Positions 18,718 through 29,212 of a DNA stretch of 64,000 bases are shown one piece after another. Position 1 is the stretch's first letter. Every line of letters starts with the position of its first letter. The DNA comes from Candidatus Iainarchaeum sp. GTDB lineage: Archaea > Iainarchaeota > Iainarchaeia > Iainarchaeales > VGJJ01. Both the position numbers and the translations under genes were made by a program. The notes under the pieces were generated by a model. That model was not told the origin of the DNA and ran no database searches. It saw only the letters and a program-made list of their open reading frames with translations. The stretch lies in contig JAUYHT010000008.1 of assembly GCA_030688545.1 (NCBI GenBank), forward strand, positions 84,608 to 148,607, given 5' to 3'.

Positions 18718-20097
18718 ATGCCCCCAAAACCAACCGACAATAGCATACACGGATACCACGAAAAATATCACAGAGTCCTCTATCAACTCTTTCCCGACAA
18801 ATTCCCAAGACCTATTCCAAAGAGAGAAGGCGTATCCAAACAGATAGAACCCTTTCAGATCAATTTGATCAACAAGAAAGTTCTATATGATCTATACTTG
18901 TTTCAAGAAGCATCCGACCAAACAGGGGTTGCTCGACGATGGACACTCTTACGGCTCCTATCCAAAATCAGTCTCCTGCTAGAAGAGACTGACGGGTTTT
19001 CAGGGGACTTACCTGAAAGGACATTCCAAAACATGCTCTCGCATGAAAAAGGAAAAGAAATTGTCCTGCAACTCGCCAACAAAGTACGAAGACAAACACA
19101 ATGGAACCGAACAACCGAAAACTTTCATCTTCGTGCACTCAAACAGCTCCTTCGACACATGAATGGAGGCGATTCCACTCCACACTGCATCTCATGGCTT
19201 AAGTTCAAACGAAAAAAGAATGATTCGGGAGAAGATCCAAGCAAGGCACCCAAATTGATTAAACGAGAAGACATTATCACCGAACCAGAAATGGCAAAAC
19301 TCTATGAGAATGCTTCGCACACCATGATTAAATGTGCACTCGCCTGCTTATGGGAAGGATTACGTGCCTCCGAATTATTGAATTTGAGAAAAAAGAGCGT
19401 TACCTTCGAAGAAAATACGGTCAACCTTTCAGTCCAAGGAAAGACGGGCTCTCGAATCGTAAAATCAGCGACAGGTGCACGATACATTCGTGATTGGTTA
19501 AGCCAACATCCAGATCCTTCCCCCGATTCGTGGCTCTTTGTGATCGTTTCAAACAAAAATAAGGGTCAACGTTACGGATATTTTCCATTGGGAAAAGAAA
19601 TTCACAACACGCTTCGTCGAGCTGGCATCATCAAGCGCGGAAATTTGCACGTGTTCAGGCATTCACGTGTCGTTGACATGCTTCTCAAAGGATATTCCCC
19701 CGCTATTATCCAAAAAGTGATGGGATGGTCAAGCTTAGATATGCTCCAAACCTATGGCCATCTTGTCGATGTGGACGCTCACAATGAAGTTTTACGAATT
19801 GAATTAGGAGGAAAACCAAGAGAAGCAAAGCCTTCCATTTTATCCGCCAGAGTTTGCCTCATTTGCTCAAAAGAAAACGATTTGAGTGCAGATAGCTGCG
19901 TGAGATGTTCCAATGCTCTAACCGACAAGGGCCTTGTCGAAAAGAACCGAGAATACCACGAGCTAAAAGACAAAGTTCAGGAACTCCAAGAAAGCATGAG
20001 TCTTCTAACTGCTTGGATGAAACGATTTGGCAAAAGTGAGCCATCTCCAAGAGAAGCCAAGGAATTTCACGACGAATGGATAAAAACTATTGAATAA
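18718..20097 (+). CDS. int: tyrosine recombinase / integrase (intact, tRNA-adjacent) with C-terminal CxxC...CxxC zinc ribbon
   Basis: Catalytic-domain motifs FRHSRV (HxxR) and LQTYGHL (Tyr); located 65 nt downstream of the tRNA-Arg 3' end. Confidence 0.85.
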   Translation: MPPKPTDNSIHGYHEKYHRVLYQLFPDKFPRPIPKREGVSKQIEPFQINLINKKVLYDLYLFQEASDQTGVARRWTLLRLLSKISLLLEETDGFSGDLPERTFQNMLSHEKGKEIVLQLANKVRRQTQWNRTTENFHLRALKQLLRHMNGGDSTPHCISWLKFKRKKNDSGEDPSKAPKLIKREDIITEPEMAKLYENASHTMIKCALACLWEGLRASELLNLRKKSVTFEENTVNLSVQGKTGSRIVKSATGARYIRDWLSQHPDPSPDSWLFVIVSNKNKGQRYGYFPLGKEIHNTLRRAGIIKRGNLHVFRHSRVVDMLLKGYSPAIIQKVMGWSSLDMLQTYGHLVDVDAHNEVLRIELGGKPREAKPSILSARVCLICSKENDLSADSCVRCSNALTDKGLVEKNREYHELKDKVQELQESMSLLTAWMKRFGKSEPSPREAKEFHDEWIKTIE

Positions 20098-20179
20098 AAA
20101 TATTCAACAGAGCCGGACCTGTTGAAAAATAAGGCCTTTTAGAATCGAGATTAAAACAGGTTTGTGAACTATAGATAGT

Positions 20180-20629
20180 ATGGTTAATGCTCCTCCGCTT
20201 CGACATGTAGTGAGACAACACTTAGATTCAAGGGTTTTGTTACGACTGCGTCTTTTTTTGTTGATTATAGTGGTTATGGCTGGCATTGTTGTGTATGATA
20301 TTTACTTGGGTGTTTCCGAACTTGTTTTTTTCATCCCCATACTTATCATTGGATTTGGGGTGGGACTGTTTAGCAGTCGCATGACCAAATTAAGCTGGAA
20401 CAAAGAAAAGGGAAAAGTCGTGGGGCAGATGGACGCAATAGGAATTGTCGTATTGGTGGTTTATATTGGGATAGAGGCAAGTCGGGAATGGATTCTTAGT
20501 CAATGGGTTGAGGGTCTTCTTTTGAGCGCATTGGGATTTGCCTTTATTGGCGCGGCCATGGCCGGACGCTTTTATCAAATGCGGATAAACATTTTGAAGA
20601 TTCTCACAGGGGAACAGAAACTAAATTAG
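20180..20629 (+). CDS. integral membrane protein (hypothetical)
   Basis: Four hydrophobic helices. Confidence 0.45.
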   Translation: MVNAPPLRHVVRQHLDSRVLLRLRLFLLIIVVMAGIVVYDIYLGVSELVFFIPILIIGFGVGLFSSRMTKLSWNKEKGKVVGQMDAIGIVVLVVYIGIEASREWILSQWVEGLLLSALGFAFIGAAMAGRFYQMRINILKILTGEQKLN

Positions 20630-20695
20630 CATATTCAGTGCCCTGAGACATCGGCATTAAAAATATTAGATGCCCGATATTTGCGAGGTGGTAGC

Positions 20696-21331
20696 ATGAG
20701 AATTGCATTATTTGGCGCAACAGGGAAAACAGGAATGAACATTGTTCGGCAGGCGCTCGAAATGGGCCATGAAGTAAAAGCCTTTGTCTGAAATCCCGCG
20801 AAGATGACTATTCAAGATGACAAACTTTCATTGGTTGAAGGTAACGTTGTAGATTCGAAAGCAGTAGAGCAAGCGGTTGAAGGGAGTGATTTGGTTATTT
20901 CTGCTCTCGGTCCGACCCCTGATGCGAATGAGATGATTCTGGCAAAAGGAACGGAGAATATCATAAACGCGATGAAAAAAAACGATGTAAAAAGGTTGAT
21001 TGTAGAGAGTTCGTGCCCTCTGTCTGGATCACCTGAAGGGATGGCTTTTCTGAAAGGATTTGGTATGACCGATGATAAGATAGCATCAGTCAGACCCATG
21101 ATTGACGACAAAATTAGACAAGAGACCATTGTTAGGAAAAGCGGATTAGACTGGACAATCGTTCGACCATTAGCTCTAACAGACGGACCAAAAACCGGTA
21201 CGTATCGTGCAGGAGAAACACTAAATATCAAGCAAACGGATAACATCTCGCGAGCAGACGTCGCGGACTTCATGCTAAAAAGTGCAAAAGACAATAAGTG
21301 GGTAGGTAAGATAGTTGTGGTTGCATATTGA
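20696..21331 (+). pseudogene. NAD(P)H-binding NmrA-like/atypical SDR protein interrupted by in-frame TGA at 20789-20791
   Basis: Upstream in-frame segment MRIALFGATGKTGMNIVRQALEMGHEVKAFV-(TGA)-NPAKM... carries the GxxGxxG Rossmann motif and continues into ORF 20804..21331. The TGA sits where these proteins usually have Arg. Confidence 0.55.
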
Positions 21332-21351
21332 TACGAAAAAATAATATTTCC

Positions 21352-22626
21352 TTATTCGTATCGCAGCGCTTCAATGGGTCTTAACCGTGATGCATTCATT
21401 GCGGGAACGAGACCTGCAATGATTCCGATGATCGTTGATAGAGTGATTGCAATAATAATTAATTCGGGTGAAACAAATATAGTGGATCCCTGTCCCCCCG
21501 GTACTGATAAGAGGCCGGTACTCGATACGCCCACCGAAGCGAGTGTGCCTAAAATGACTCCAATAATTCCCCCTACTAATCCAAATAATCCCGATTCCAT
21601 TACAAAAAGAGTTAGTATTTCATTGTTGGTCGAACCCAATGCTTTTAGGATCCCAATTTCTTTCGTTTTTTCCAGGACGGAAGTAAACATACTATTGGCC
21701 ACACCCAACGCTCCCACGATCAATGAGATGGCGGCAATGGCGCCTAGGAATAGGGTGAGTGTTCCAGTGATAGCACTTACTTGCTCCTGAAGTGCTTGCG
21801 AAGAGGTAACCGTAAAATCTTGATTTCGTTCCGTCACTCTTCGAGATATTTGTAAGGAGGCAGTAAGGTCATTTACCGTTTGATCAACCTGTTCGGAGTC
21901 CGAAACTTTTGCTTGAATGCTCGTATACGTATCGCGATTAACATCATCCGACAATACATTCCATGCTCCATTCAAGGTGGTATAAACAGTTGAATCGCCC
22001 TGTCCAAATCCACTTCCGGACGGCGAAAGAATTCCCACCACCGTGAAGGGCTTTCCTTCTAACGTGATAGTCCTCCCCAATGTAATGGGTTGCTTGAACA
22101 CAGTAGTAGCAACGTTCGTTCCAATCACTACCCCGACAGAATCACTCGGCGTAAGAAAACGGCCAGCGGACAAAGTTAGATTGGACGTCTGAGTCCACGT
22201 GACAGGATTAACACCCTGAAGACTCACATTAGTCGTTTCACCCAGAAAAATAATTTCGGCTCGTCCAGAAACGATTTCAGTGACAGCCGTAACATAGGGA
22301 TGAGTGTCAATAATGATGGCATCTTTCTTGGTAAGCGTGGGCGCCTCGTCCGTGGAAGCAGTAGTTGTCATACTGACTCCCCCGCCTCCTCCCCGAAAAC
22401 CACCACCAAATCCTTGTGCACGGCTGAAGCCCGGAGTAACCGTAATAATATCGGCTCCAAAACTGGAAAGTTGTTGGGTTACACTCGCTTGCGCCCCTTC
22501 TCCGATGGAGATGATTGCCACTACTGCCGCCACTCCAATAATGATTCCCAACAAGGTAAGCCAGGATCGAAGCCGACGATGGACAATACTGTTTAGCGAG
22601 AGCGCAAAGGAATCCGCAACTTTCAT
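21352..22626 (-). CDS. ABC transporter permease, MacB/FtsX-like
   Basis: N-terminal transmembrane helix, large extracytoplasmic domain, C-terminal FtsX-type 3-TM bundle. Confidence 0.85.
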   Translation of the reverse strand: MKVADSFALSLNSIVHRRLRSWLTLLGIIIGVAAVVAIISIGEGAQASVTQQLSSFGADIITVTPGFSRAQGFGGGFRGGGGGVSMTTTASTDEAPTLTKKDAIIIDTHPYVTAVTEIVSGRAEIIFLGETTNVSLQGVNPVTWTQTSNLTLSAGRFLTPSDSVGVVIGTNVATTVFKQPITLGRTITLEGKPFTVVGILSPSGSGFGQGDSTVYTTLNGAWNVLSDDVNRDTYTSIQAKVSDSEQVDQTVNDLTASLQISRRVTERNQDFTVTSSQALQEQVSAITGTLTLFLGAIAAISLIVGALGVANSMFTSVLEKTKEIGILKALGSTNNEILTLFVMESGLFGLVGGIIGVILGTLASVGVSSTGLLSVPGGQGSTIFVSPELIIIAITLSTIIGIIAGLVPAMNASRLRPIEALRYE

Positions 22627-22629
22627 ACC

Positions 22630-24138
22630 TTACCTCCGTTCCGGTTTTCGCGAATCGGATGATGTACGACCTTTTTCAAGTTCCCCTGATTGAAAGAAAT
22701 GGATAAACAAACCAGCCGATACAACAGCTGCCCCCAGGACTGCAAGTTCATTTCGACCGAGTAGGAAAATGGCTACCAGAAATAAGATTATCACTCCTAT
22801 TATTCGCACGGCAAGCGCTTTCCAATCCTTTTTGGCACGCCATTGATTGTAACCAATTCCCCCTCCCACGAGAAGAATCAATAACCCCCATGCAATCAAA
22901 GGGGATGCGCCGGTAGGGACGGGAGTAGTATTCGACCCATTTCCAACCGAGGTTGCAGGTAACGAAATTGTTTTTTGTACGCTTTGTCGTTCTCCCGTGG
23001 TATCCGTGTAGGATATCTCCATCTCCAGCGTGCGTGGGATCAATTCACTTGTTGGAGTGGGGCTGCGCGAAACACTTCCGGATGAAGTAACGCTATTCGG
23101 AGAAGATGATGGAGTGCTTTTGCTGGCTAAGGGAAACGTCGCAATCGTGAAATCCCCTTTATTGAGATTACCCAGGATCGAGACATTGCTTCCTCCGCTT
23201 GAACTTCCAAGAGGAGTTAAAAGTTTGGCTACGACTGCCCCTGCATTGTTGGAACCAATATTGGCAATGCTCACGGATAATTGTGTCGCCGTCATTTCGG
23301 CACTCACTTCAAAATCAGTAGTGCCTCCTACAATGACTCCTATTTCCGAGCTTTGTTCCTGTGTTCCATTGCTATCAATGAAGGATAAATCAATCGTCAA
23401 AGGGTAAATTCCTGTGGCAATGTTAGGATCGGCTGCTACCGTGTACTGGATATTGACTTTTTCTCCCGGCTGGATAATGGAAATGTATCGTTTGTTGTCC
23501 GATCCAACGGGTAAAATCAGTGAGCTTTCTTCAGCCCATGAAAAAGAAATATTTGAGATGGGAGACCCACTTACGTTAGTTAAAGTAAAGATAACATTCG
23601 TTTGGTTTCCAGGATTCACGACGCGCGGTTCCAAGACAACGTCAATATTTTTCTGCACGCCGGTAACGGGAACAATGATTTCATGCAGTTCGGTTACGGG
23701 AAGTCCATTTCGCAAATAGGAAAGGGAAAGGATTACGGGATAATGCCCAGGTATGGTATCTTCTTTGACGCGAAATGAAAAAATGAGTGTTTTGGTTGCA
23801 CCAGGTGCAATAGCGGATTCGACATCTGTTAGACTTACTGGTTCAAATTGATCTCCCACATCCAAAAAGGCATTCAAATCTTGAATGGTAATACTGGACC
23901 CTTTGTTATGGATGTCCACTGCAAGACTGACGGTGTCTCCTGCGTGGATAGTGCTTGGAAGAAAGTTGGTCTTTTGAATTTCGGCCAGGAAAGCAAACTC
24001 GCCCGGAAAATCTCCAAGTTGCGCATGGACGGAGGATCCTGCACTCAACAAAAATAATCCTAAAATAAAATAGAACACAGGATTCCTACTCCATTGGCGT
24101 GTCGTTGTTTTTCCATCTGCATCATTCATTTGTTTCAT
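22630..24138 (-). CDS. secreted surface protein with repeated CARDB/S-layer-like beta domains and C-terminal TM anchor
   Basis: Signal peptide, repetitive beta-rich domains, Ser/Thr-rich linker and C-terminal hydrophobic anchor. Located between the ABC ATPase and permease genes with 4-nt overlaps. Confidence 0.65.
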   Translation of the reverse strand: MKQMNDADGKTTTRQWSRNPVFYFILGLFLLSAGSSVHAQLGDFPGEFAFLAEIQKTNFLPSTIHAGDTVSLAVDIHNKGSSITIQDLNAFLDVGDQFEPVSLTDVESAIAPGATKTLIFSFRVKEDTIPGHYPVILSLSYLRNGLPVTELHEIIVPVTGVQKNIDVVLEPRVVNPGNQTNVIFTLTNVSGSPISNISFSWAEESSLILPVGSDNKRYISIIQPGEKVNIQYTVAADPNIATGIYPLTIDLSFIDSNGTQEQSSEIGVIVGGTTDFEVSAEMTATQLSVSIANIGSNNAGAVVAKLLTPLGSSSGGSNVSILGNLNKGDFTIATFPLASKSTPSSSPNSVTSSGSVSRSPTPTSELIPRTLEMEISYTDTTGERQSVQKTISLPATSVGNGSNTTPVPTGASPLIAWGLLILLVGGGIGYNQWRAKKDWKALAVRIIGVIILFLVAIFLLGRNELAVLGAAVVSAGLFIHFFQSGELEKGRTSSDSRKPERR

Positions 24139-24857
24139 CTCCCTGTCCTATTTTTTCCATCATAATGAATTTGACCATCTTTCAATTCAATGACACGATC
24201 CGCATACTTGGCAATATCCGATTCATGCGTAACCAACACGATGGTTTTTCCTTGCTTGGCATGAAGGTCCTCGAAAATATCCATGATCTCATAACTCGTT
24301 TTCGAATCCAAATTTCCGGTGGGCTCATCTGCCAAAATCATGGATGGATCGGCCGACAAGGCGCGCGCTACTGCCACGCGCTGGCGTTCTCCTCCAGAAA
24401 GCTGGGAAGGATAGTGTTGAATTCGATGGGATAGGCCGACTTGATCCAGAAGCTTGGTAACGGTCGTATTGATTTCATTTTTCTCAAACTCATGAATGCG
24501 CATGGGCAAAGCAACATTCTCAAAAACATTAAGGGTAGGATAAAGATTGAAAGTCTGGAATACGAAACCAATGGCTTTCCCCCGAATGCGTGAGACTTCC
24601 GATTCGGAAAGAGCGGAAATGGACGTTCCTTCCAGGAGGATTTCACCTTTTGTCGGAATATCCAATGCCCCTACCATATTCAATACGGTGGACTTTCCAG
24701 AGCCGGATGCTCCCATAATAGCTACAAATTCTCCTTTTCGGATCGTAAGACTGATTCCTTTTACGGCTGGAACCTGCACCTGGTCCATCTGGTAGATTTT
24801 CCAGGCATCTTTAATCTCCAAAATAGGGATATCCGTAGAAAATCGTTTAATCGCCAT
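24135..24857 (-). CDS. ABC transporter ATP-binding protein (MacB/LolD-like)
   Basis: Walker [10 protein letters not shown], signature [15 protein letters not shown], Walker [13 protein letters not shown]-loop. Confidence 0.9.
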   Translation of the reverse strand: MAIKRFSTDIPILEIKDAWKIYQMDQVQVPAVKGISLTIRKGEFVAIMGASGSGKSTVLNMVGALDIPTKGEILLEGTSISALSESEVSRIRGKAIGFVFQTFNLYPTLNVFENVALPMRIHEFEKNEINTTVTKLLDQVGLSHRIQHYPSQLSGGERQRVAVARALSADPSMILADEPTGNLDSKTSYEIMDIFEDLHAKQGKTIVLVTHESDIAKYADRVIELKDGQIHYDGKNRTGR

Positions 24858-24941
24858 ACTTTATATGGGAGTGCAACCATTAATAGATTGACCTGTAACG
24901 AGATGTAACGAGTAATCTCTTCAATTGAAATAGGGTGAAAC

Positions 24942-25532
24942 ATGAAACAAGCTGAAACGATTTATAAAACCAAAAAAAGATACCTTGCACTAATGATTCT
25001 CTGTTTCTTCTACGGAGGATTCACCCTTATTATGGCGCTGATTGTGGGATATTCTACTTTCTGGAGAAGCCAAATCGCCGATCCGAGTCTATTCCAGCGT
25101 AGTATCTTTGATCGTGGACCTGCTGATGCCAATCGCTTTTTACCCCCGGATTTTAATCGCGCATTTGTCGAGCGCCTTCCCCTCGATCCTTTTTCAATTC
25201 TCACATCGCCCCCTATTTTGCTTTTCATATTAGGTGGGGTTCTCTCTATTCTTGCAGGGCTAGCTATTTGGAATTTGATGAGAGAAAAGGAAATTAAGAA
25301 AATCAGAGAGGAAACGGCAAATCACTTGTTGCTTCCAGAAGAACTCCAAGTGTTGGAAGCCTTGAAGAAATCCAACATGGAATCCACACAATCTCGAATA
25401 ACAGCAGAAACAGGATTGAGCCGTGTCCAGGTGCATCGCGTGATCAACCGATTGGAGGCCAAGGGAATCCTCGAAAAGCACAAGTATGGACTGACAAACA
25501 AAATTATTTTGAAAAAAGAAATATTCGAATAA
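24942..25532 (+). CDS. membrane-anchored winged-helix (MarR/ArsR-like) transcriptional regulator
   Basis: Two N-terminal TM helices plus C-terminal LQVLEALKKSNMESTQSRITAETGLSRVQVHRVINRLEAKGIL wHTH. Confidence 0.55.
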   Translation: MKQAETIYKTKKRYLALMILCFFYGGFTLIMALIVGYSTFWRSQIADPSLFQRSIFDRGPADANRFLPPDFNRAFVERLPLDPFSILTSPPILLFILGGVLSILAGLAIWNLMREKEIKKIREETANHLLLPEELQVLEALKKSNMESTQSRITAETGLSRVQVHRVINRLEAKGILEKHKYGLTNKIILKKEIFE

Positions 25533-25679
25533 ACTCAGAGTGCAAGCGCTGCTGTTTTTTTGCCTGATTGCATAGGCATATGCCCTTCCCTCCGTTGAAA
25601 AGGGAAAGGGATACACCATTTGCACTTTCTTTACCCGCCATTAAAAGACAACCCCGGAGCACCTTTTCACCCTTGCTAC

Positions 25680-26627
25680 CTAATTATTCCCAAAGTCTGA
25701 ATTCTCCAAGAGGTCTTTGGATTCTTTTATTTTGATTTCCTGATCAAAGTGGTTCAATCTGTGGAGAACTCTTTCGAGCATTATTTGGTCTCTTTTCTCA
25801 CTGTATATTACGTGGAGTATGTTATTGATTGTTTGGATGGTTTTTTCGTCGAAGTTGGCTTCTCTTCTATTTTGGATGTCGGAATATGCAGACAGGAGGG
25901 TGTTGAGCAGTATGTTTTGTAATTCGGTTGAGATGTAGTTTACATAATTGAAGTCGTAGTCTCTTCGTCTCAGTCTTTCCATTTCTGTTTTTTGCATTCT
26001 TTCCTTAGCTTTTATTTCCATTTGTTTCAGTTGGTTAATTCCTTCGACTTGCTCTTGAAAATAGGCGGCCTCTTCGTGGTTGTTCTTTTTCTTCATTTTC
26101 TTAGCAAGAATGCGCATTCCTTTGGCGGCGTGTCGTTCTTGCCGCTTGAGGTGCGTAATAAAATATTTTCTACTGAATTCGACTTGTCTTAATCGGTTGT
26201 TCCACGTTTCCATCATTAACTGTTTTATTTTTTCAATCTCAATCTCTTGTAAAGGGCCAAGAGTAATGAGAATGTTGTTGAAGAACGTTTCAATAGGGCT
26301 TTCTGTGATGAAATATTTTTTTCTTTTTGCGTCCGAACCAATTCTAATTCCCTGAAATCCTTTTCCATCTACATTAACGTGAATATTTTTCCCAATTCTT
26401 ATCTCATTTTGAATAAGGTTTGTTCCTTCCAACTCTTTAAGCGCCAGTTGTATACCAGTGTCTTTTTTGGCGTCTAACAACTCGAATATATCTCGTTGGA
26501 AAAGTCCGTCTGGGAACAGTTCGAGCAGGTATAGCACGCGACTGATTCGCGGAGTTTTCAGGCAGGTAACCCACTTGGTAGTAGGTTTGGATTTTTCCCC
26601 TACTTTATTTCCGTCTTTGGACATCAT
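25680..26627 (-). CDS. hypothetical protein (N-terminal wH-like segment, coiled-coil rest); AT-rich
   Basis: Coherent 315-aa ORF in low-GC island. Confidence 0.45.
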   Translation of the reverse strand: MMSKDGNKVGEKSKPTTKWVTCLKTPRISRVLYLLELFPDGLFQRDIFELLDAKKDTGIQLALKELEGTNLIQNEIRIGKNIHVNVDGKGFQGIRIGSDAKRKKYFITESPIETFFNNILITLGPLQEIEIEKIKQLMMETWNNRLRQVEFSRKYFITHLKRQERHAAKGMRILAKKMKKKNNHEEAAYFQEQVEGINQLKQMEIKAKERMQKTEMERLRRRDYDFNYVNYISTELQNILLNTLLSAYSDIQNRREANFDEKTIQTINNILHVIYSEKRDQIMLERVLHRLNHFDQEIKIKESKDLLENSDFGNN

Positions 26628-26702
26628 CTATGTTCATTAGTGGCTTAACCCCTATAAATCTCCGTAGAAAATCAACAGTTTTTCTACGTGGAGGTGAGAA
26701 CG

Positions 26703-26831
26703 GTGAAGACCTTTCAAATAACGGTTCCTGAAGCCTTAGATTCACGGCTCCAGGAACAAAAGAAGAGCTTTACCACCCGAAACGCCCTGATTCTCCACTT
26801 GTTGAATCGGGGATTGGAGGCCCAAAAATGA
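26703..26831 (+). CDS. ribbon-helix-helix (CopG/Arc-like) small DNA-binding protein, about 42 aa
   Basis: Below ORF-track size cutoff; translation VKTFQITVPEALDSRLQEQKKSFTTRNALILHLLNRGLEAQK has the RHH beta-strand plus helix pattern. GTG start at 26703 (or 26694). Confidence 0.45.
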   Translation: MKTFQITVPEALDSRLQEQKKSFTTRNALILHLLNRGLEAQK

Positions 26832-26963
26832 GTCAAAATCAGACGATTTTGAGGATCGTCAGGTTGGCCAAGGAAGGAGGGGCTGAAAAGTTCCGTTCGT
26901 GGGAGCTCAAACTCATCGAAAAATGAAAAATCCACTCCGACTAGGGAATGGAAAAATTAGGTT

Positions 26964-27179
26964 TTGGATATGGATAAGCAGCAAAAGCTCACTTTAATCT
27001 TTTCGGAAACGACTTTCCCAATTCGCGCGCGCTATTGTACGCAACGCACGGCTAAGTTGTATGGCGCGAAGAAGCTTTTCCAGCTTCTTTATTCTCAAAA
27101 TCGACTTTTTCATGGAAGCATCGCAGTTTCAGAAGATGGCAAGCGCTACTTTATTTTTGAAACAGGGGTACTTGAATGA
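26964..27179 (+). CDS. small hypothetical protein (71 aa)
   Basis: Its stop overlaps the next ATG (ATGA). Confidence 0.3.
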   Translation: MDMDKQQKLTLIFSETTFPIRARYCTQRTAKLYGAKKLFQLLYSQNRLFHGSIAVSEDGKRYFIFETGVLE

Positions 27180-27316
27180 ATCCACATCCTGTTTGTACGT
27201 TTTGTAATCAAGAAAAACCTCCATTCATCGGACTCGGATTCGAAATTTTCTGCCCGAAACATGCTGAAGATGTTGGAAAAGCACTTTTAGAATTCTCTAA
27301 GAAGGCGAATCCATGA
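27176..27316 (+). CDS. small zinc-ribbon-like protein (46 aa; C..C...C..H)
   Basis: Manually translated MNPHPVCTFCNQEKPPFIGLGFEIFCPKHAEDVGKALLEFSKKANP; overlaps the flanking genes by ATGA at both ends. Confidence 0.4.
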   Translation: MNPHPVCTFCNQEKPPFIGLGFEIFCPKHAEDVGKALLEFSKKANP

Positions 27317-28929
27317 ATAGAAAAGAAAAGTCTTTGCGCATTCGCGGAGAATGGACTTGCAAACAATGCAATGAAAAGTTTTATGAAACGACCCAACCAA
27401 CAGTTTGTAAATGTAGACGCGGAGATTTTTATTTTTCAGGATCGCGCGAAGAAGAAGTCGTCAAAATAACGGTGGAAGGAGTTCACTACGAGACTATTTG
27501 CGACGAAAACAATAATGTCTCCTTTGCATTTCTAACAGAGAGTGGATCGCCCAACATTACTGCATTTGTTGATGATGAGGACAAAAATATACGATTTGTT
27601 CCAATTTTTAAGAAAAAAATAATGAAAAAAGATGCAACAGTAGTGATTTTCCCTGAAATACCAGTCGAATATGGAAGCGACTCCGAACTAGTCCATGAAA
27701 TCAAGAGCTTTATCCACCGATATTTGGATATTTCATCTGAACATGAGATGTTCGCGACGCAATATATTTTGCTTTCGTGGGTATACGAAGCGCTAACCAC
27801 TATCCCTTATTTATCGGCCCGAGGAGACTTTTCGACAGGGAAAAGTCGATATCTAGATACCATTGGAGATCTATGTTACTTACCTATTCATGCGAATGGA
27901 GCAACAACCGATAGTCCAATCTTTCGTTTGATAGGAACTTTTGGAGGAACTTTGGTCGCAGAAGAAATTGACAAAGAAAAAAGCGACACAACCCAAATGC
28001 TAACAAAAATAATCAATCTCGGCTACGAAAAGAAAAATTCCATCCTCCGCTCAGACAAAGAAGATCCAAATGAAATTGAGTCATTTAATGTTTTTGGACC
28101 AAAAGTTTTCTCAAGGCGATTTGAATTTCAAGACAAAGCGACTGAGAGTCGATGCATTACAGAATTAATGTGCGACACAACAAGAGAGGATATTCCAATC
28201 CAACTCCCACAAAAGTTCTTTGAAGAACAAAAAGTTCTACGAAATAAATTATTGATGTTTCGATTACGAAATTTACAAAAAGTTGACCCAAATGCGATTG
28301 AAAAAATTCGCTTACCCAAACAACTAGACTCTCGAATAAGACAAGGGCTCGCAAGCTTTGCCATCTTGTTTCATAATAATGAAGAAATCTTCACACAATT
28401 TTTAGACTTCGCCAAAAAACACCAACTAAAAATTAAAGAAGAGTTATCCACGAGCATCGAAGGACAAATAGCCCAATTTCTTTTCGACTACAAAGAAGCA
28501 CCAAAAGAACAGCAGGAAAAAATTCAACCCCAACTAATCGCTAAATGCTTAAGTGAAAAATCAAACAAACCATTAACCCCTAATTTTATCGGTGTTCGAC
28601 TAAAGAGTTTGGGAGTAAAGACGGTTCAAGGACATGAAGAAGAAGGCGGAAAACGTAAAACCATTCGCCACATCGTTTGGGATGAACCACTTTTTGAACG
28701 AATATTTCTGAAATACTTGCCGGAATATTGGATTGAAAAGAATAAGGATTATTTTGATACTGAGGCCCAGAGTCTCGTGCCTGCTGTGCCAAACGTGCCA
28801 GTCGTGCCAAGCTCTATCCACCTGGCACAAGCGGCACAAGTGGCGCAACCAGCACAACGTTCACCCATTACCCATGAAACAGACCCTGAACCCAATTCAG
28901 AGGAGATTGTTCCTCGGGAGCTGATTTGA
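27313..28929 (+). CDS. zinc-ribbon plus P-loop NTPase protein; putative replication-associated (SF3-helicase-like) protein of the element
   Basis: N-terminal CKQC...CKC; Walker A GDFSTGKS; Walker-B-like TLVAEEID; C-terminal low-complexity VPAVPNVPVVP. Family assignment is inference. Confidence 0.45.
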   Translation: MNRKEKSLRIRGEWTCKQCNEKFYETTQPTVCKCRRGDFYFSGSREEEVVKITVEGVHYETICDENNNVSFAFLTESGSPNITAFVDDEDKNIRFVPIFKKKIMKKDATVVIFPEIPVEYGSDSELVHEIKSFIHRYLDISSEHEMFATQYILLSWVYEALTTIPYLSARGDFSTGKSRYLDTIGDLCYLPIHANGATTDSPIFRLIGTFGGTLVAEEIDKEKSDTTQMLTKIINLGYEKKNSILRSDKEDPNEIESFNVFGPKVFSRRFEFQDKATESRCITELMCDTTREDIPIQLPQKFFEEQKVLRNKLLMFRLRNLQKVDPNAIEKIRLPKQLDSRIRQGLASFAILFHNNEEIFTQFLDFAKKHQLKIKEELSTSIEGQIAQFLFDYKEAPKEQQEKIQPQLIAKCLSEKSNKPLTPNFIGVRLKSLGVKTVQGHEEEGGKRKTIRHIVWDEPLFERIFLKYLPEYWIEKNKDYFDTEAQSLVPAVPNVPVVPSSIHLAQAAQVAQPAQRSPITHETDPEPNSEEIVPRELI

Positions 28930-29211
28930 TTGAAAAAACCTATTCGAGTTCACCGCGCTTGGCGGATATCTCCCGAAACCGATCAAGCCATCAAGAAATG
29001 GTCAAAGATCTTAGGAGTCTCCGAGACCCAATTTGTCGAATCCACTATACTAACTGTATCTGAGGGCTTAGCGGAGAGTGCGACACGCGTGAAATCGCGT
29101 GTATCTGCCTCAATAGCTTCAAAATCCACTCAAAAAGAAGAGAAAAATACGCCCACCCCATCATCAAAGATAATAGAAAAGACTATACAAAAAGACACGG
29201 AGGAACCGTGA
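28930..29211 (+). CDS. small hypothetical protein
   Basis: Start 1 nt after the previous stop. Confidence 0.4.
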   Translation: MKKPIRVHRAWRISPETDQAIKKWSKILGVSETQFVESTILTVSEGLAESATRVKSRVSASIASKSTQKEEKNTPTPSSKIIEKTIQKDTEEP

Positions 29212-29212
29212 C

